Shown here one piece after another: positions 12,006 through 23,798 of a DNA stretch of 64,000 nucleotides (position 1 is its first letter; each line of letters starts with the position of its first letter). The stretch is from NCBI RefSeq assembly GCF_036588685.1, contig NC_086376.1:83393014-83457013 (forward strand), in the 5' to 3' direction. A program made the position numbers and the translations under genes. Source of the DNA: Mytilus trossulus. Its lineage: Eukaryota. The notes beneath the pieces are model-generated. The model saw nothing but the letters and a program-made list of their open reading frames with translations, made no database searches and was not told where the DNA came from.

Positions 12006-13417
12006 GTATGTAAACCTGTATAGACGGGCGGATTGGTTGAGATTATGTTCGCGCAAACAAAAACATAACATTTGCGCGACTTTAACCTATAAATCTACCT
12101 GTATATTTGCCATTCTATTAAATACAACTTACTTTTTAAAAGTCATATTATTATTGTATACTTTACTGGACGAATATCCATTCAATTTGTAGGTGTCATT
12201 TGGACCGTGTTTTTAAATATACATGTATAGAGAACAAATGCAACATTTGCGCGGCGAGAACTATAATTACGTTCGTGCGGATTTCAAAATAGCAATTTAA
12301 AACAGGTATTTACCTTTATTTTAAGCAATAGCTCTAGTTCTAGTCCTTTCATAAACGTACAATCCGTGCAAACGTAAAATTTCCCGCGCAAACGTAACAT
12401 TTTTGTTCACCCAAAACTAACATTTTTGTTCGCGCAAATATATTTACCAATCCGCGCATATGTAATGTATGTGTATCGACGAATTTACTAACTTTACTTA
12501 TTAGAAGGTATGTAATTTTGCAATACGATACACTGAGTATGTATTAGTTGAAAATTGTACAAAGAACTGTAACAGGGTTCGTTTATTAGTTCTCATATTA
12601 TGAAATTGCATACTAAAACGTCTTTTTTAAAAACCAAACCTTAGTCTACGAATACGGCGAACGCGCACATACACATATATTTCTTCAAAACTCAATCACT
12701 GAATCAATTTTACAGTTTCAGTTTACCATTTACCTTGTCACAACTTTATTACCTTTTATTTATGATAAAGTGAAAGATTCGTAAGTGACAGAAAATGAAT
12801 TCCAACTAGCCCTCCCAACAAGTAAAGTAACTGCAAATTGCCAATGATACCAACTCCCTGTATATTTTTTAATTTGCGCTTTCCTAATCGGAAGATCAAT
12901 CTAGAAATGCGCATCAGGCGCACGAAATTGATAAAGTGAAAAAATTATTCAATTATAATTGAGAGTGTTCTTGTTCTTTTATGCTCTGTGTGACGATATG
13001 ATTGCAAACACGTCAAACTTACTTGTTCTTACAAAAATATGACAAAAGGGTGGAATAAATTTACAAATTGTAAAAATAAAGAGAGAGGTTCGAGTGCTTG
13101 TTCCAAGTCTGGACATCTTAAAACTTTGTTAAGTGTTGTTTCGTTAGGTTCCTATCTCATTTACTTGTATCACACATCTCCTTTCATTCATACAAAACTT
13201 GAAAATGGAAATGGGGAATGTGACAAAGAGATAAACCCGACCAAAGAGCAGACATTAACCAAAGGCCACCAATGAGTCTTTAATGCAGCGAGCAACCCCG
13301 CACCCTGAGGCGTGCTTCACCTGGCCTGAAAAAAGTACAAAAGAAAACCCACAAAATATCAAAGAAAGACAAATGTACCGTACGACTGAATTTTCAATTA
13401 TTGATTTTTTTCTGCAG

Positions 13418-13559
13418 GTTTCAGCACATATTTCTATCTAGGACCATCCATTTTGAATTATTATGATTCATTGGATTACTGTACGAACATTGGAATGAAA
13501 CTGGTAAAAATTAACAACGACCAAATGAACAATATGGCAGCGCAATTCATCACGAGTGA
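13418..13559 (+). CDS. CTLD-1 N-terminal half: FSTYFYLGPSILNYYDSLDYCTNIGMKLVKINNDQMNNMAAQFITS(E)
   Basis: C-type lectin fold signature: Y..F...T...A...C...G..L..I....E..F. Acceptor is tttctgcag and donor is gtaagt. Confidence 0.75.
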
Positions 13560-14512
13560 GTAAGTATATAGTCTACAGGAGCTAGCAAAGGGGGAAGAAA
13601 AATCTGTGGTTGCAAAATTTTCAACTTTTCTATTAATTCATTACTTTTAAAATAGTTAACATTTAGCTTAAACTAGATCGTTTTCATCCAGCGATATGTG
13701 TTATTTTCACATGCAACATTATCAAAACTGCTAACACTTTCGTTTTTTAAGAGGTTTCATGATTTGTAATTAATTTTGAAAATACAATGAGCACATTTAT
13801 TGCCGGACATAACTGTCAAATTCGTGTCCCCGATTCGAACCAAATACTCATATTTTATTTATAACATAGTGAAACATCTATCAAGATTTAAAAAAATGTA
13901 GGAAAGTATTTAAGGGGCATTAGCTACGATTTACACCAAAACATAAAACGTGTTATTTTGTGTTTCTAACATTTTCAAAACCGAAATATTGAAATAATAT
14001 TTCGCTAGCTATTAGCTGTCAGGTCGGTTCATTTTTTTCCAAATAAGATTTTATCTAAACAACAGCAAATGACTTGTCTTATTGGCTTGCAAGTATGATT
14101 CAATCTTATTTGAATCCATAGTCATGCAACCTTTAATTTTACCATGAAGCATAAAATATCAGCCAGGTCCATTTCCGCAAAGTCCTTTTATCTTAAAAAA
14201 AAAAAAAAAAAAAATACCAATGAGCACCGTGTTTACTTATATTTTGATATTAGATTAGGTTTTTTTTTCGAAATGTGCAGACAAATTTGGGAATAAATCA
14301 AATACCTTCCCCAATGCCAAGTGTTGCATGGAATACGACGTGACCATAGCTTTATAGGTCTGTCATTCAATATTTATTATTGTAATTGTGTTCATCTTTG
14401 GTAGACATTTGTATTACTAGTATATGTTGTCAAATATATTTGCGTATACAGGATTTTTGAAGGTGGGGATGTTAGTCTCAAAACCGGCTCTATGGATATA
14501 TATTTTTAACAG

Positions 14513-14712
14513 GAGCATAGTCGATGATGTGTGGATGTCTGTATATTGTCCGCCAAACCAACTTTGTCATTGGGATGATGGCAATACGTTGGACTATGAC
14601 TCATGGGCAGCTACTGAACCAAAATTTGAATTTGGAAAATTTAGCCAGACCTATGCTTATGTATTGTGGACGACTGGCGCCTACACGGAACTTAACCGCC
14701 CTCTATGTTATG
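14513..14712 (+). CDS. CTLD-1 C-terminal half: SIVDDVWMSVYCPPNQLCHWDDGNTLDYDSWAATEPKF...NRPLCY
   Basis: Contains W.DG...Y..W...EP and the terminal LC motifs. Acceptor is aacag and donor is gtgtgt. Ends in phase 1. Confidence 0.75.
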
Positions 14713-14956
14713 GTGTGTATCACTTTAATGTATATACATATGTAATAGTAGAGTACATGTTCCAAAATTCCTTTATCTAGATCTTTTTTTCATCTCTCTC
14801 CTTTCTTTCACAATTATGTTTTAGTGATTAGCTTTGTGTAAATTTTTCATTTATATTTGATAGTGGAAACAGTCTTTTAGTACAATGTATGTCATTCTAA
14901 TTTAATTTCATTATATATTGATTAAAACTATTAATCATGATTTTGATTACTCTATT

Positions 14957-15375
14957 TTCTGTCTATTTTCTTTGGGATTATTTAAGCATTTTGATCATGC
15001 TGTCTGTCTATTTTCTTAGAGATTATTTAAGCATTTTAATCATGCTTTCTGTCTATTTTCTTAGAGATTATTTAAGCATTTTGATCATGCTGTCTGTCTA
15101 TTTTCTTAGAGATTATTTAAGCATTTTGATCATGCTTTCTGTCTATTTTCTTAGAGATTATTTAAGCATTTTGATCATGCTGTCTGTCTATTTTCTTAGA
15201 GATTATTTAAGCATTTTGATCATGCTTTCTGTCTATTTTCTTAGAGATTATTTAAGCATTTTGATCATGCTTTCTGTCTATTTTCTTTGGGATTATTTAA
15301 GAATTTTGATCATGCTTTCTGTCTATTTTCTTTGGGATTATTTAAGCATTTTGATCATGCTGTCTATCTATTTTT
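14957..15375. repeat. 45-bp minisatellite, about 9 copies (tctgtctattttcttagagattatttaagcattttgatcatgctg)
   Basis: Tandem periodicity is visible directly. It is intronic in the lectin gene. The 153-aa ORF across it is a periodic artefact. Confidence 0.9.
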
Positions 15376-16097
15376 TCTTCTTTTTGGCTTTAAGTTAAGT
15401 GGGGATAAGAGATGCCTAAAATATCATCAGGTATGTGCAGTTTTATGCTATGACATTTTTAATTTCTCCATTCAAATTGGGTTTGTTGCCTTGGGGAAAA
15501 TATCGTATCAAAGAATTCTAAAATCGCTGATATGTTTGATTCTATTTTCTTTCCATAAAAAAAAATATGCCGTGCAATACTTAAACACCCATGCGTGTTT
15601 TATGCTTCGGATGCTTAAATTGCTATTAATGAGACAACTATCCAACACAATTATATATGTTTTAAGAGATTTATACAATGAGTTTTTGTTATCAATATTT
15701 TAAATAGCTAGGTAATTGATATTCGAACTTTTTAGTTCTATTTTTTTTTTTTTTATCATATATGTACTTTCAATTTGAATAAATTTCTTTTTTTTTACTC
15801 TCATTTTCATTTAGGCATTAGTAATGCCTCGACATAATTTTCATGAAAATCCTAAAATTTAAGAGTAATGCCTAACATTATTAGGCAATTAGGCAATAGA
15901 CTTAATACTGCCTAGTCGTTAAAGTATTACCTTAGCTTTAAACGGAATGCCTTATTTCACTTATTGCCACTAACATATACACTTTATTGCATAGTTTTTA
16001 CAATAATTTTTGTTTTAATGAAGAAAAAAAACATTCACCGTCTTTCTGTATTCTCTTATGTCAAATTTGTTTCTACTTGTATACTGTTATTTTACAG

Positions 16098-16242
16098 CAC
16101 CTCCTCATCCAGACGTGACATTTATCCATGGAGATTATAACTATTATGAAGCCTCGCAAGAATGTATTAACTTAGGTGGACAATTAGCTGTGTTTTCTAA
16201 TCCAGTAGCCGTTACGTATTTAAAAGAGTTCATAACTTATGA
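16098..16242 (+). CDS. CTLD-2 N-terminal half: (A)PPHPDVTFIHGDYNYYEASQECINLGGQLAVFSNPVAVTYLKEFITY(E)
   Basis: CTLD N-terminal signature (C..GG.LA.......L..F). Acceptor is ttttacag and donor is gtatgt. Confidence 0.8.
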
Positions 16243-17092
16243 GTATGTATTTTCAAGTTAAGATCAGTCAACACTACATTTACATGATTTAATATTTCAA
16301 AATTATAAATTCTTGCAACATATTAAGAATATCTTTGCTAAGATCATCCTTAGACAGCTTCAATGCGAGTACTGATATATGTCCTAGGATATTCATAAGA
16401 GGACCATTAGACAAAAGTCACATGTTTTAAGATATATCTTATGACATGTCCTTTATTAGCTTAGTGAAACCGGCCCCTTACTTATAACTTTTGTACTCAA
16501 GACGCGCATTTCGGCGAAAAAAAGAATCATCATACAGTGACACTCGAATAAAAAAGTAAAAGTTCAAATAAAGTGCGAAGAGTTTTGAGGATCAAAGTGT
16601 TTTTGAAAGGTTTAGCAGAATACAACTATAGCCTAAGGTATTCTATTAATGGGATAGGAAATCCATAGACGCTCTTCGGTTGAATTTGCATTTGCATTTT
16701 TATTCTATTTTTGTTTTATTTTTCAGCATTTGATATTAATTAAGGATTGATAGTATCTGAAGTGTTGCATCACTAACGAGAAATACATTTTAAAAAACGC
16801 ATATAAGACACAAAAATTTGCTTTTGTATCATACAATTTTATCTTGCTTCATATTCATATACGAATATGCGCACTCTTCTGTTACTTTCTCGGGAATAAG
16901 GTATATTCAATTTTAGGATATATACTTGAATACTAAAGGATAGTTATGAAACTGTTTTACAATAGTTCATTCAATATTCATTTTATAAAATGTAGTTTAC
17001 AGCAGCCTAAACTTCTCGGCATCACATATTATATGAAACATTGAGATTTTTTCCCCCGAAATAATCATTGTGAAAGTTTTAGTTAAGTCAGA

Positions 17093-17245
17093 GGCGGATT
17101 TAGGGGGGGGCAGGGGGCCCGGCCCCCCCTTTTTGGGAAAACATTTGGTTGCTTATATAGGGAATCACTGAAGCGTGAATGAAGCGGGCCCCCTCTAAGT
17201 TCAGTCAGTGGGCCCCCACTTATGAAAATTCCTGGATCCGCCACT
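17093..17245. mobile_element. MITE with CAGnGGCGGAT terminal inverted repeats and G/C homopolymer-rich ends
   Basis: Starts cagaggcggattt... and ends ...ggatccgccactg. Related copies lie at 34500-34650 and, as a partial, 9935-10055. Confidence 0.5.
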
Positions 17246-17324
17246 GTAAGTATATAGTTTTGGGGATCGCACTAAAACAAGATTAGTCTGTAAGTATTAA
17301 TGAGTTATGTTGTTTTTGTGCTAG

Positions 17325-17536
17325 AACTCTGACTGGTGACATATGGATAGGCCTATATGGTAACGGAGCATATTTAACCTGGCAAAACATGGTCGAAAGT
17401 GTGGTTTATACGGACTGGAAACCAGGCCACAATGTTCCCAATCAGGATGCAAACGTCTCTATAGCGGTGGACATGATCGATGGTACATGGGTGTCAAAAA
17501 CTAAATCTACCAGACTGCCTCACGCATTATGTCAAT
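17325..17536 (+). CDS. CTLD-2 C-terminal half: TLTGDIWIGLYGNGAYLTWQNMVESVVYTDWKPGHNVPNQDANVS...LPHALCQ
   Basis: Contains WIGL and W.......Y.DW.PG.P. Acceptor is ctag and donor is gtaagt. Ends in phase 1. Confidence 0.82.
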
Positions 17537-17616
17537 GTAAGTTGTTACAGGTTTGAGATGAACTTCAGTCATAATGTGTGCTGTTCTAGAATTTTCAGCT
17601 TTTAGGTTAAGGGGCT

Positions 17617-17800
17617 ACCATTTAGGAGATAACTATATTGTATTTTAAGCTCCGACGGCATCAATTGGGGATTTGATGGTCGCAAATTAAGTTTACTGGC
17701 GACGCGTTAGCGGAGACAGTAAACGGGTATTTGCGACCATCAAATCCCAAATTGATGCCATTGGAGCTTAAAATACAATATTAATATCTCCATTCTACTG
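17617..17800. mobile_element. Hairpin MITE (about 184 bp, near-perfect foldback; TIR ggagataactatattgtattttaagctc)
   Basis: The left half is the reverse complement of the right half. A second diverged copy lies 160 bp downstream. Confidence 0.7.
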
Positions 17801-17957
17801 AAACTGACAGAAAACAACGTTAAAACATGTATTTAAAATTTGTCATGTGCCGTCTGCGCTTGTGCGTACGTCCCATAGCATCAATTGTCAATTGATGCCA
17901 TGTAAGAAAGTGACGTTATCCAATCAAAATGAACGTTACAAACGTTGTTGTATTAGA

Positions 17958-18130
17958 ATTAGGAGATAACTGTATTGTATTTTAAGCTTGGCCTTCGTAA
18001 AACGTAGATTTTACTGTCGCAAATTGAGTTTACCTAGCGACGCGGAGCGGAGATAGGTAAACGGATATTTGCGACAGTAAAATCAAGTTTTACGAAGGCC
18101 AAGATTAAAATACAATACAGTTATCTCCAT
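17958..18130. mobile_element. Second copy of the foldback MITE (same terminal inverted repeats, diverged interior)
   Basis: ttaggagataactgtattgtattttaagc ... aaaatacaatacagttatctcc. Confidence 0.7.
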
Positions 18131-18529
18131 TCTAATGCCACATATTAAAATAAATGTCATTTAATAAATATTTTGGCTTAAAAATGGCATAGATGAAAAA
18201 GTCCGCGAAACTGTTGCATTGTCTTTAGCATCTAAACAATGTGACGTCATGTGTTTACTCTGGATGTCAAACATGAATACTAAACATATTTTTACTTTTC
18301 CTACGCTTCAAAATGGTTTCAATATAGACTAAAAGAAGATTTTGAGGCTCAAAATGTGAATATCTTGTTTATTTTTTGAGAAATTACATATCCCAGAATT
18401 CAAAATGGTGGCTTTCTTAGTTACGGACTGGTAGAACGTGGAATCTAACCCCTCAAAATATTTCTCAACGTCCAATGAAAATTATCGTTACAAACTAATT
18501 GCATTAGAATTGATTTTTAGGGGGTGTTA

Positions 18530-19020
18530 TGATAAAAAAAAAAGACAGGATAGCCGGAAATTCTGATAAAAAAAGGTTTTTATGTAGAAAAAAGTCAGGA
18601 TATATTACTTAAAAAAAGGCAAAACCGTACAGAGTGAAAATTAGTAAGATTACTACTAAAAAAAAAGGCAGGACAGAGATAACCACTAAAAAAAGACAGG
18701 ACAGAGATTACCACTAAAAAAAAGACAGGACAGAGATTACCACTAAAAAAAAGACAGGACAGAGATTACCACTAAAAAAGAGACAGGACAGAGATTACCA
18801 CTAAAAAGTAAAATCACAAAAATACTGAACTTAGAGGAAAATCAATTCGGAAAGTCCATAATCACATGGCAAAATCAAATAACAAAACGCACCAAAAACG
18901 AATGGACAAGAACTGACTAAAAAAGACAGGACAGAGATTGCTACTAAAACAGACAGGACAGAGATTACTACTCAAAAAGAAATGACAGAGATACCGCCCC
19001 CCCCCCCCCCCAAAAAAAAA
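18530..19020. repeat. Roughly 31-bp minisatellite (aagacaggacagagattaccactaaaaaaa)n ending in a C13A12 homopolymer run
   Basis: Repeated units are visible. The homopolymers are at 18996-19022. Confidence 0.85.
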
Positions 19021-19319
19021 AAACCACACACAAATAAAAATGGTTGCTCTCTAACACTATAATATATCTTACACTGCTTCGATCTTTGCACTTAAATTAA
19101 TGTTTAGCAAATCCAAATAATTATAACGTTTCAAATTGATCTGTTCAAATACTCTAAAAAGATGTGGGGAAATTCAAAATCATGCATTCGAATCAACAGT
19201 GAAATAGTTGTATCAAATGGATTACGTGGAATGTTTTGTTCTTCTTTATTTCAAATTGAATAAACGTTTTACAAATATAGCATTGTCAATATTAGAAAGT
19301 AAATTTTAGATTCATATAT

Positions 19320-20615
19320 TTTTAGCTCACCTGGCCCAAAGGGCCAAGTGAGCTTTTCTCATCACTTGTCGTCCGTCGTCCGTCGTCCGTCGTCCGTCGT
19401 CGTCGTCGTCGTCGTTAACTTTTACAAAAATCTTCTCCTCTGAAACTACCGGGCCAAACTAAACCAAACTTGGCCACAATCATCATTGGGGTATAAAGTT
19501 TAAAAAATGTGTGGCGTGACCCGGCCAACTAACCAAGACGGCCGCCATTGCTAAAAATAGAACATAGGGGGTAAAATGCAGTTTTGGCTTATAACTCAAA
19601 AACCAAAGCATATAGAGCAAATCTGACATGAAGTAAAATTGTTTATCAGGTCAAGATCTATCTGCCCTGAAATTTTCAGATGAATCGGACAATCCGTTGT
19701 TGGGTTGCTGCCCCTGAATTGGTAATTTTAGGGAAATTTTGCTGTTTTTGGTTATTATCTTGAATATTATTATAGATAGAGATAAACTGTAAACAGCAAT
19801 AATGTTCAACAAAGTAAGATCTACAAATAAGTCAACATGACCAAAATGGTCAATTGACCCGTTTAGGAGTTATTGCCCTTTATAGTCAATTTTTAACCAT
19901 TTTTCGTAAATCTTAGTAATCTTTTACAAAAATCTTCTTCTTTGAAACTACCAGGCCAAATGAAAACAAACTTGGCCACAATCATCATTGGCGTATCTAG
20001 ATTAAAAAATGTGTAGCGTGACCCGTCCAACCAACCAAGATGGCCGCCATGGCTAAAATAGAACATAGGGGTAAAATGCAGTTTTTGACTTATAACTCAA
20101 AAACAAAATCATTTAGAGCAAATCTGACAGGGAGTAAAATTGTTTATCATGTCAAGATGTCAAATTTTCAGATGGATCGGACATTCTGCTGTAAGGTTGC
20201 TGTCCCTGAATTAGTCATTTTCAGGAAATTTTGCCGTTTTTTGTTATTATCTTGAATATTATTATAGATAGAGATAAACTGTAAACAGCAATAATGTACA
20301 GCAAAATAAGACCTAAAAATAAGTCAACATGACCAAAATGGTCAATTGACCCCATAAGGAGTTATTGTCCTTTATAGTCAATTTTTAACAATTTTCATAA
20401 AGTTTGTAAATTTTAACTAACATTTTCGACTGAAACTTTTAGGCCAAGTTCAATAAAGATAGAAATAATTGTAAGCAGCAAGAATGTTCAGTAAAGTAAG
20501 ATTTACAAACACATCACCATCACCAAAACACAATTTTGTCATGAATTCAAATGCGTCCTTTGTTTAATATTCACATAGACCAAGGTGAACGACACAGGCT
20601 CTTTGGAGCCTCTAG
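19320..20615 (+). mobile_element. Composite non-autonomous element: terminal hairpin (agctcacctggcccaaagggccaagtgagct), (GTC/GTCGTCC)n microsatellite at 19368-19416, two ~540-bp internal tandem units and a conserved tail ...ggtgaacgacacaggctctttggagcctctag
   Basis: All parts are visible in sequence. A reverse-complement copy lies at 52700-54015. The structure resembles the satellite-carrying Helitron-like / tandem-repeat MITE elements described in bivalves. Confidence 0.7.
19368..19416. repeat. (GTCGTCC)n/(GTC)n microsatellite inside the composite element
   Basis: gtcgtccgtcgtccgtcgtccgtcgtcgtcgtcgtcgtcg. Confidence 0.9.
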
Positions 20616-20897
20616 TTATATTTATTTTCAATTTTTCAAAAAGTCAAAAAGTTATTAAGCTACATGTCTTTTAGGTGATTTTTTATATACTATTTGAAAA
20701 ATTATTTTCAGAAACGAATAAATCATCTGAAGGTCGTAAAATTTCTTTATTTTAAATTAAATATAGAGGGATATTTGCCGATATTTCATATTTGTTTCTC
20801 GCTAGGTCTATTCTACTCCACTATTTATTACAGCTTTGAATTGTGTATACTTTGTTTCATTGAGTTTCTTACCAAAGTCTCTTATTTCTGAATGTAG

Positions 20898-21036
20898 ATA
20901 ATTATTTGGCGATGAGTTACTCCGTTGATTATCAAACTGCTAAACAGGATTGTGAAATGAATGCTTTGGACCTTGCCATGCTACCCACAAATGAAATGTT
21001 TACAGTTGCAAAGAATGCTATTGTCTACCAGGGAAT
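20898..21036 (+). CDS. CTLD-3 N-terminal half: (Y)NYLAMSYSVDYQTAKQDCEMNALDLAMLPTNEMFTVAKNAIVYQG(M)
   Basis: CTLD N-terminal signature. Acceptor is tgtag and donor is gtaagt. Confidence 0.8.
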
Positions 21037-21859
21037 GTAAGTAATAGAAATACTGAAATCAGAATCTATCTTTTTAGATACACCTAATAATGTAACAGAA
21101 ACTAATCCGTTTTTAAACATGTCCAAACTATTCTATTTAAATTTATTATGTCTCAAATGGAATTAGAATAATTATGTATCTCTCATCTCTACACTCTAAT
21201 TGTTAAGTAAACACTCCTTAGTTACCAAGGCAAAATCCTTTTAAGACACTTGAATTGTACGCATACACTCCCTACAATGAGGCTACATTATGATAAACGA
21301 TACAATATGGGTTCACCCTTGCTGCTTCTTTGCCTCAGTGCAGAAAGAATCACTAATTTTACTGGTCAATATATATCTTGCATTTACTGGGTAACTGAAC
21401 TAACTAAGTTCTCTTGTTATTCTTAAATCCTTGCGTACTTGCTCCAAAGTCAGGAACCTTTAATTCAGCAGTTGTGTCTTGTTGCTGTGTTACATATTTA
21501 TGTTTCGTTCATTATTTTGTACATAAATCAGGCCGGTTTTATTATTTGAGTTGTTTTACATTTGTCATTTTCGGGCCTTTATATCTGACTTTGCGGTATG
21601 GGCTGCAACTTTGCCCATTGTTGAAGGCCGTATGGTGACATAAAGTGGTCATTTGGGCACTTGTGGAGACGGTTGACTCATTGGCACATCTTCTTGTATT
21701 TACTGATGTGATGATAGAACGGAACGGAAATAAATAATTACTCTATTTGAACTTTGAGAGGACTGTTAGATATCAGTAACTCTTGATATAACCATAGATG
21801 TAATACCGATAATCTTTTTAGTGCTTGCCAATGATCTTCGATAATATGCTAAAGCCCCA

Positions 21860-22365
21860 GGGACAAGAAAAACGATTTCTAATTATATTACAGGGACATT
21901 TATAAAAGTTTCTAAATATACTACAACGACAATAATAACATTTTTTAAACCTAGTACAGGAACAAAGTCAATAATAACGATTTCTAAATATATTACACGG
22001 ACAATAATAACGATTTCTAAATATATCGCATGGACAATAATAATAATTTCTAAATATGTTACATGGACAATAATAACGATTTCTAAATATATTTCATGGA
22101 CAATGATAACGATTTCTAAATAAAGTACATGGACAATAATAACAATTTCTAAATATTATGTTACATGGACATTAATAACGATTTATAAATATAGTACATG
22201 GACAATAATAACAATTTCTAAATATTATGTTACATGGACATTAATAACGATTTATAAATATATTACAGGGTCAATAAGAACGATATCTAACTTGATATGC
22301 TACAAGGAGTCGACAATACTAACGATTTCCATATATTTACAGGGACAATAATAACGATTTTTGGA
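21860..22365. repeat. Roughly 33-bp minisatellite (acatggacaataataacgatttctaaatatatt)n, about 15 copies, running directly into the CTLD-3 exon
   Basis: Tandem units are visible. The last unit supplies the acceptor AG and the first codons of the exon beginning at 22343. Confidence 0.9.
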
Positions 22366-22551
22366 TTGGACTGACATCAGCAGATGGAATTTCATTCAAA
22401 TGGAATGATGGAACAGATCTTACGGAAACAGCATGGATTTATGGAGTACCTACGTCATTTGCTATAAACCAACGTGTTAAACTTGTTTACACTAAAAGTT
22501 TTGATTGGGATAATAGAGCAGCGACGGAAACCAGTCTATTTCTTTGTCAAT
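22343..22551 (+). CDS. CTLD-3 C-terminal half: DNNNDFWIGLTSADGISFKWNDGTDLTETAWIYGVPTSF...SLFLCQ
   Basis: Contains WIGL, WNDG and WDN motifs. Acceptor is tttacag and donor is gtatgt. Ends in phase 1. Confidence 0.82.
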
Positions 22552-23185
22552 GTATGTATGTTTTCCTTGATATACCAAAATGAGGGATTCGAGAAAAAAA
22601 ATTAAAGAAAAAATATAGAAAGCTATACTTATTGTCACAAATATGATTTTTTTATGTGTAAATAAAACTTTTGTCGACCTCATCGAGTGTTTCAATTTTG
22701 AAATAAACTTGATTTTTTTTTAAAGCGAGATTATTTTTTTTTTACATATGGATAAAGCTAAATTAACAATGAACTGATATTCCCATTGTTCGAGTGTGGG
22801 TGTATTTTTGTACGAATATGTATGTGATTTTCTCATTAAACAATAAATGTGAAAAACGAAAATGTACACTAGATAAACTTTGTAATATATAAAAAAGATG
22901 ATGTGGTATGATTGCCAATGAGACAACTACCCACAAAAAGACCAAAATGACACAAACATTAACAACTATAGGTCACCGTACGGCCTTCAACAATGAGCAA
23001 AGTCCATAATATGATCATTTTGTGGAGTCAAAATACAGGTGAGTGTAGGGGGTCGTATATTGGGATAAATAAAAAATTGTTTTAACCATTTAGTTAGACT
23101 ATTGTTTCAGTAAAATTAATCCTGTATCATCATATATATCCGATTATACATCACATTTAATAATTCATATAATTATTTACAATAG

Positions 23186-23296
23186 ATCCAACGGCGAACT
23201 ATTATCCAATATCCCAAGATATAGTTGAAGGTTTAACAACAGGAGTAAACACACCGGCGGGAAATATTGGTCAATGGCATGTTGGTGGTACAAACA
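23186..23296 (+). CDS. Linker exon (Y)PTANYYPISQDIVEGLTTGVNTPAGNIGQWHVGGTN(S)
   Basis: Open in frame between the phase-1 donor at 22551 and the phase-1 acceptor at 23799. Acceptor is aatag and donor is gtaagt. Confidence 0.65.
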
Positions 23297-23798
23297 GTAA
23301 GTAAAGTAGCAAACAACGTTAATACTTCATGGAATAAAAAATGAAGAGATGACAAGACTACACCGCATTGAATTTGATAATGGTTTTTTTTTTTGCAACC
23401 TATGCATCTAATTGTGTTAAACTATTAATTTATATGCATATATTCTACTTTAATTTTGATAGATGAGTGAGAATCAATCGATAAATGACGTTTGTTAAGG
23501 GAGCTATTATTTGATTTTTTTTATTGGGTAAAAGGGGGGTGGGGGCTAGGATGAAAATTGTTGTCCTGCCTTTTTTGTTTTTCAATTTATTCGGTCCTGC
23601 CTCTTCTTTAACTCGAAACTCCTCTCCTGTCATTTTTTTTAAATTTCATCCTAGCCCCCTGAAAATCAAGTGGTAGCTCCCTGATAGCACAGTTATATTT
23701 TGTGTATCCTTGACCTGATGTCCAGTGGTTAAATAATGTTCAAAGTAACTGTTTGCTGCATTTTCCTTCAAAATTGCGTATTTTTTCATCTTTTACAG

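Noticed and set aside
14424-14780. 118-aa ORF and overlapping 73-aa ORF
   Set aside because: The first is intron plus CTLD-1 exon read-through. The 73-aa one is an alternate frame of the same exon.
14937-15398. 153-aa ORF with repeating SILIMLSVYFLRDYL
   Set aside because: It is a translation artefact of the 45-bp minisatellite. It has no start context and lies in an intron of the lectin gene.
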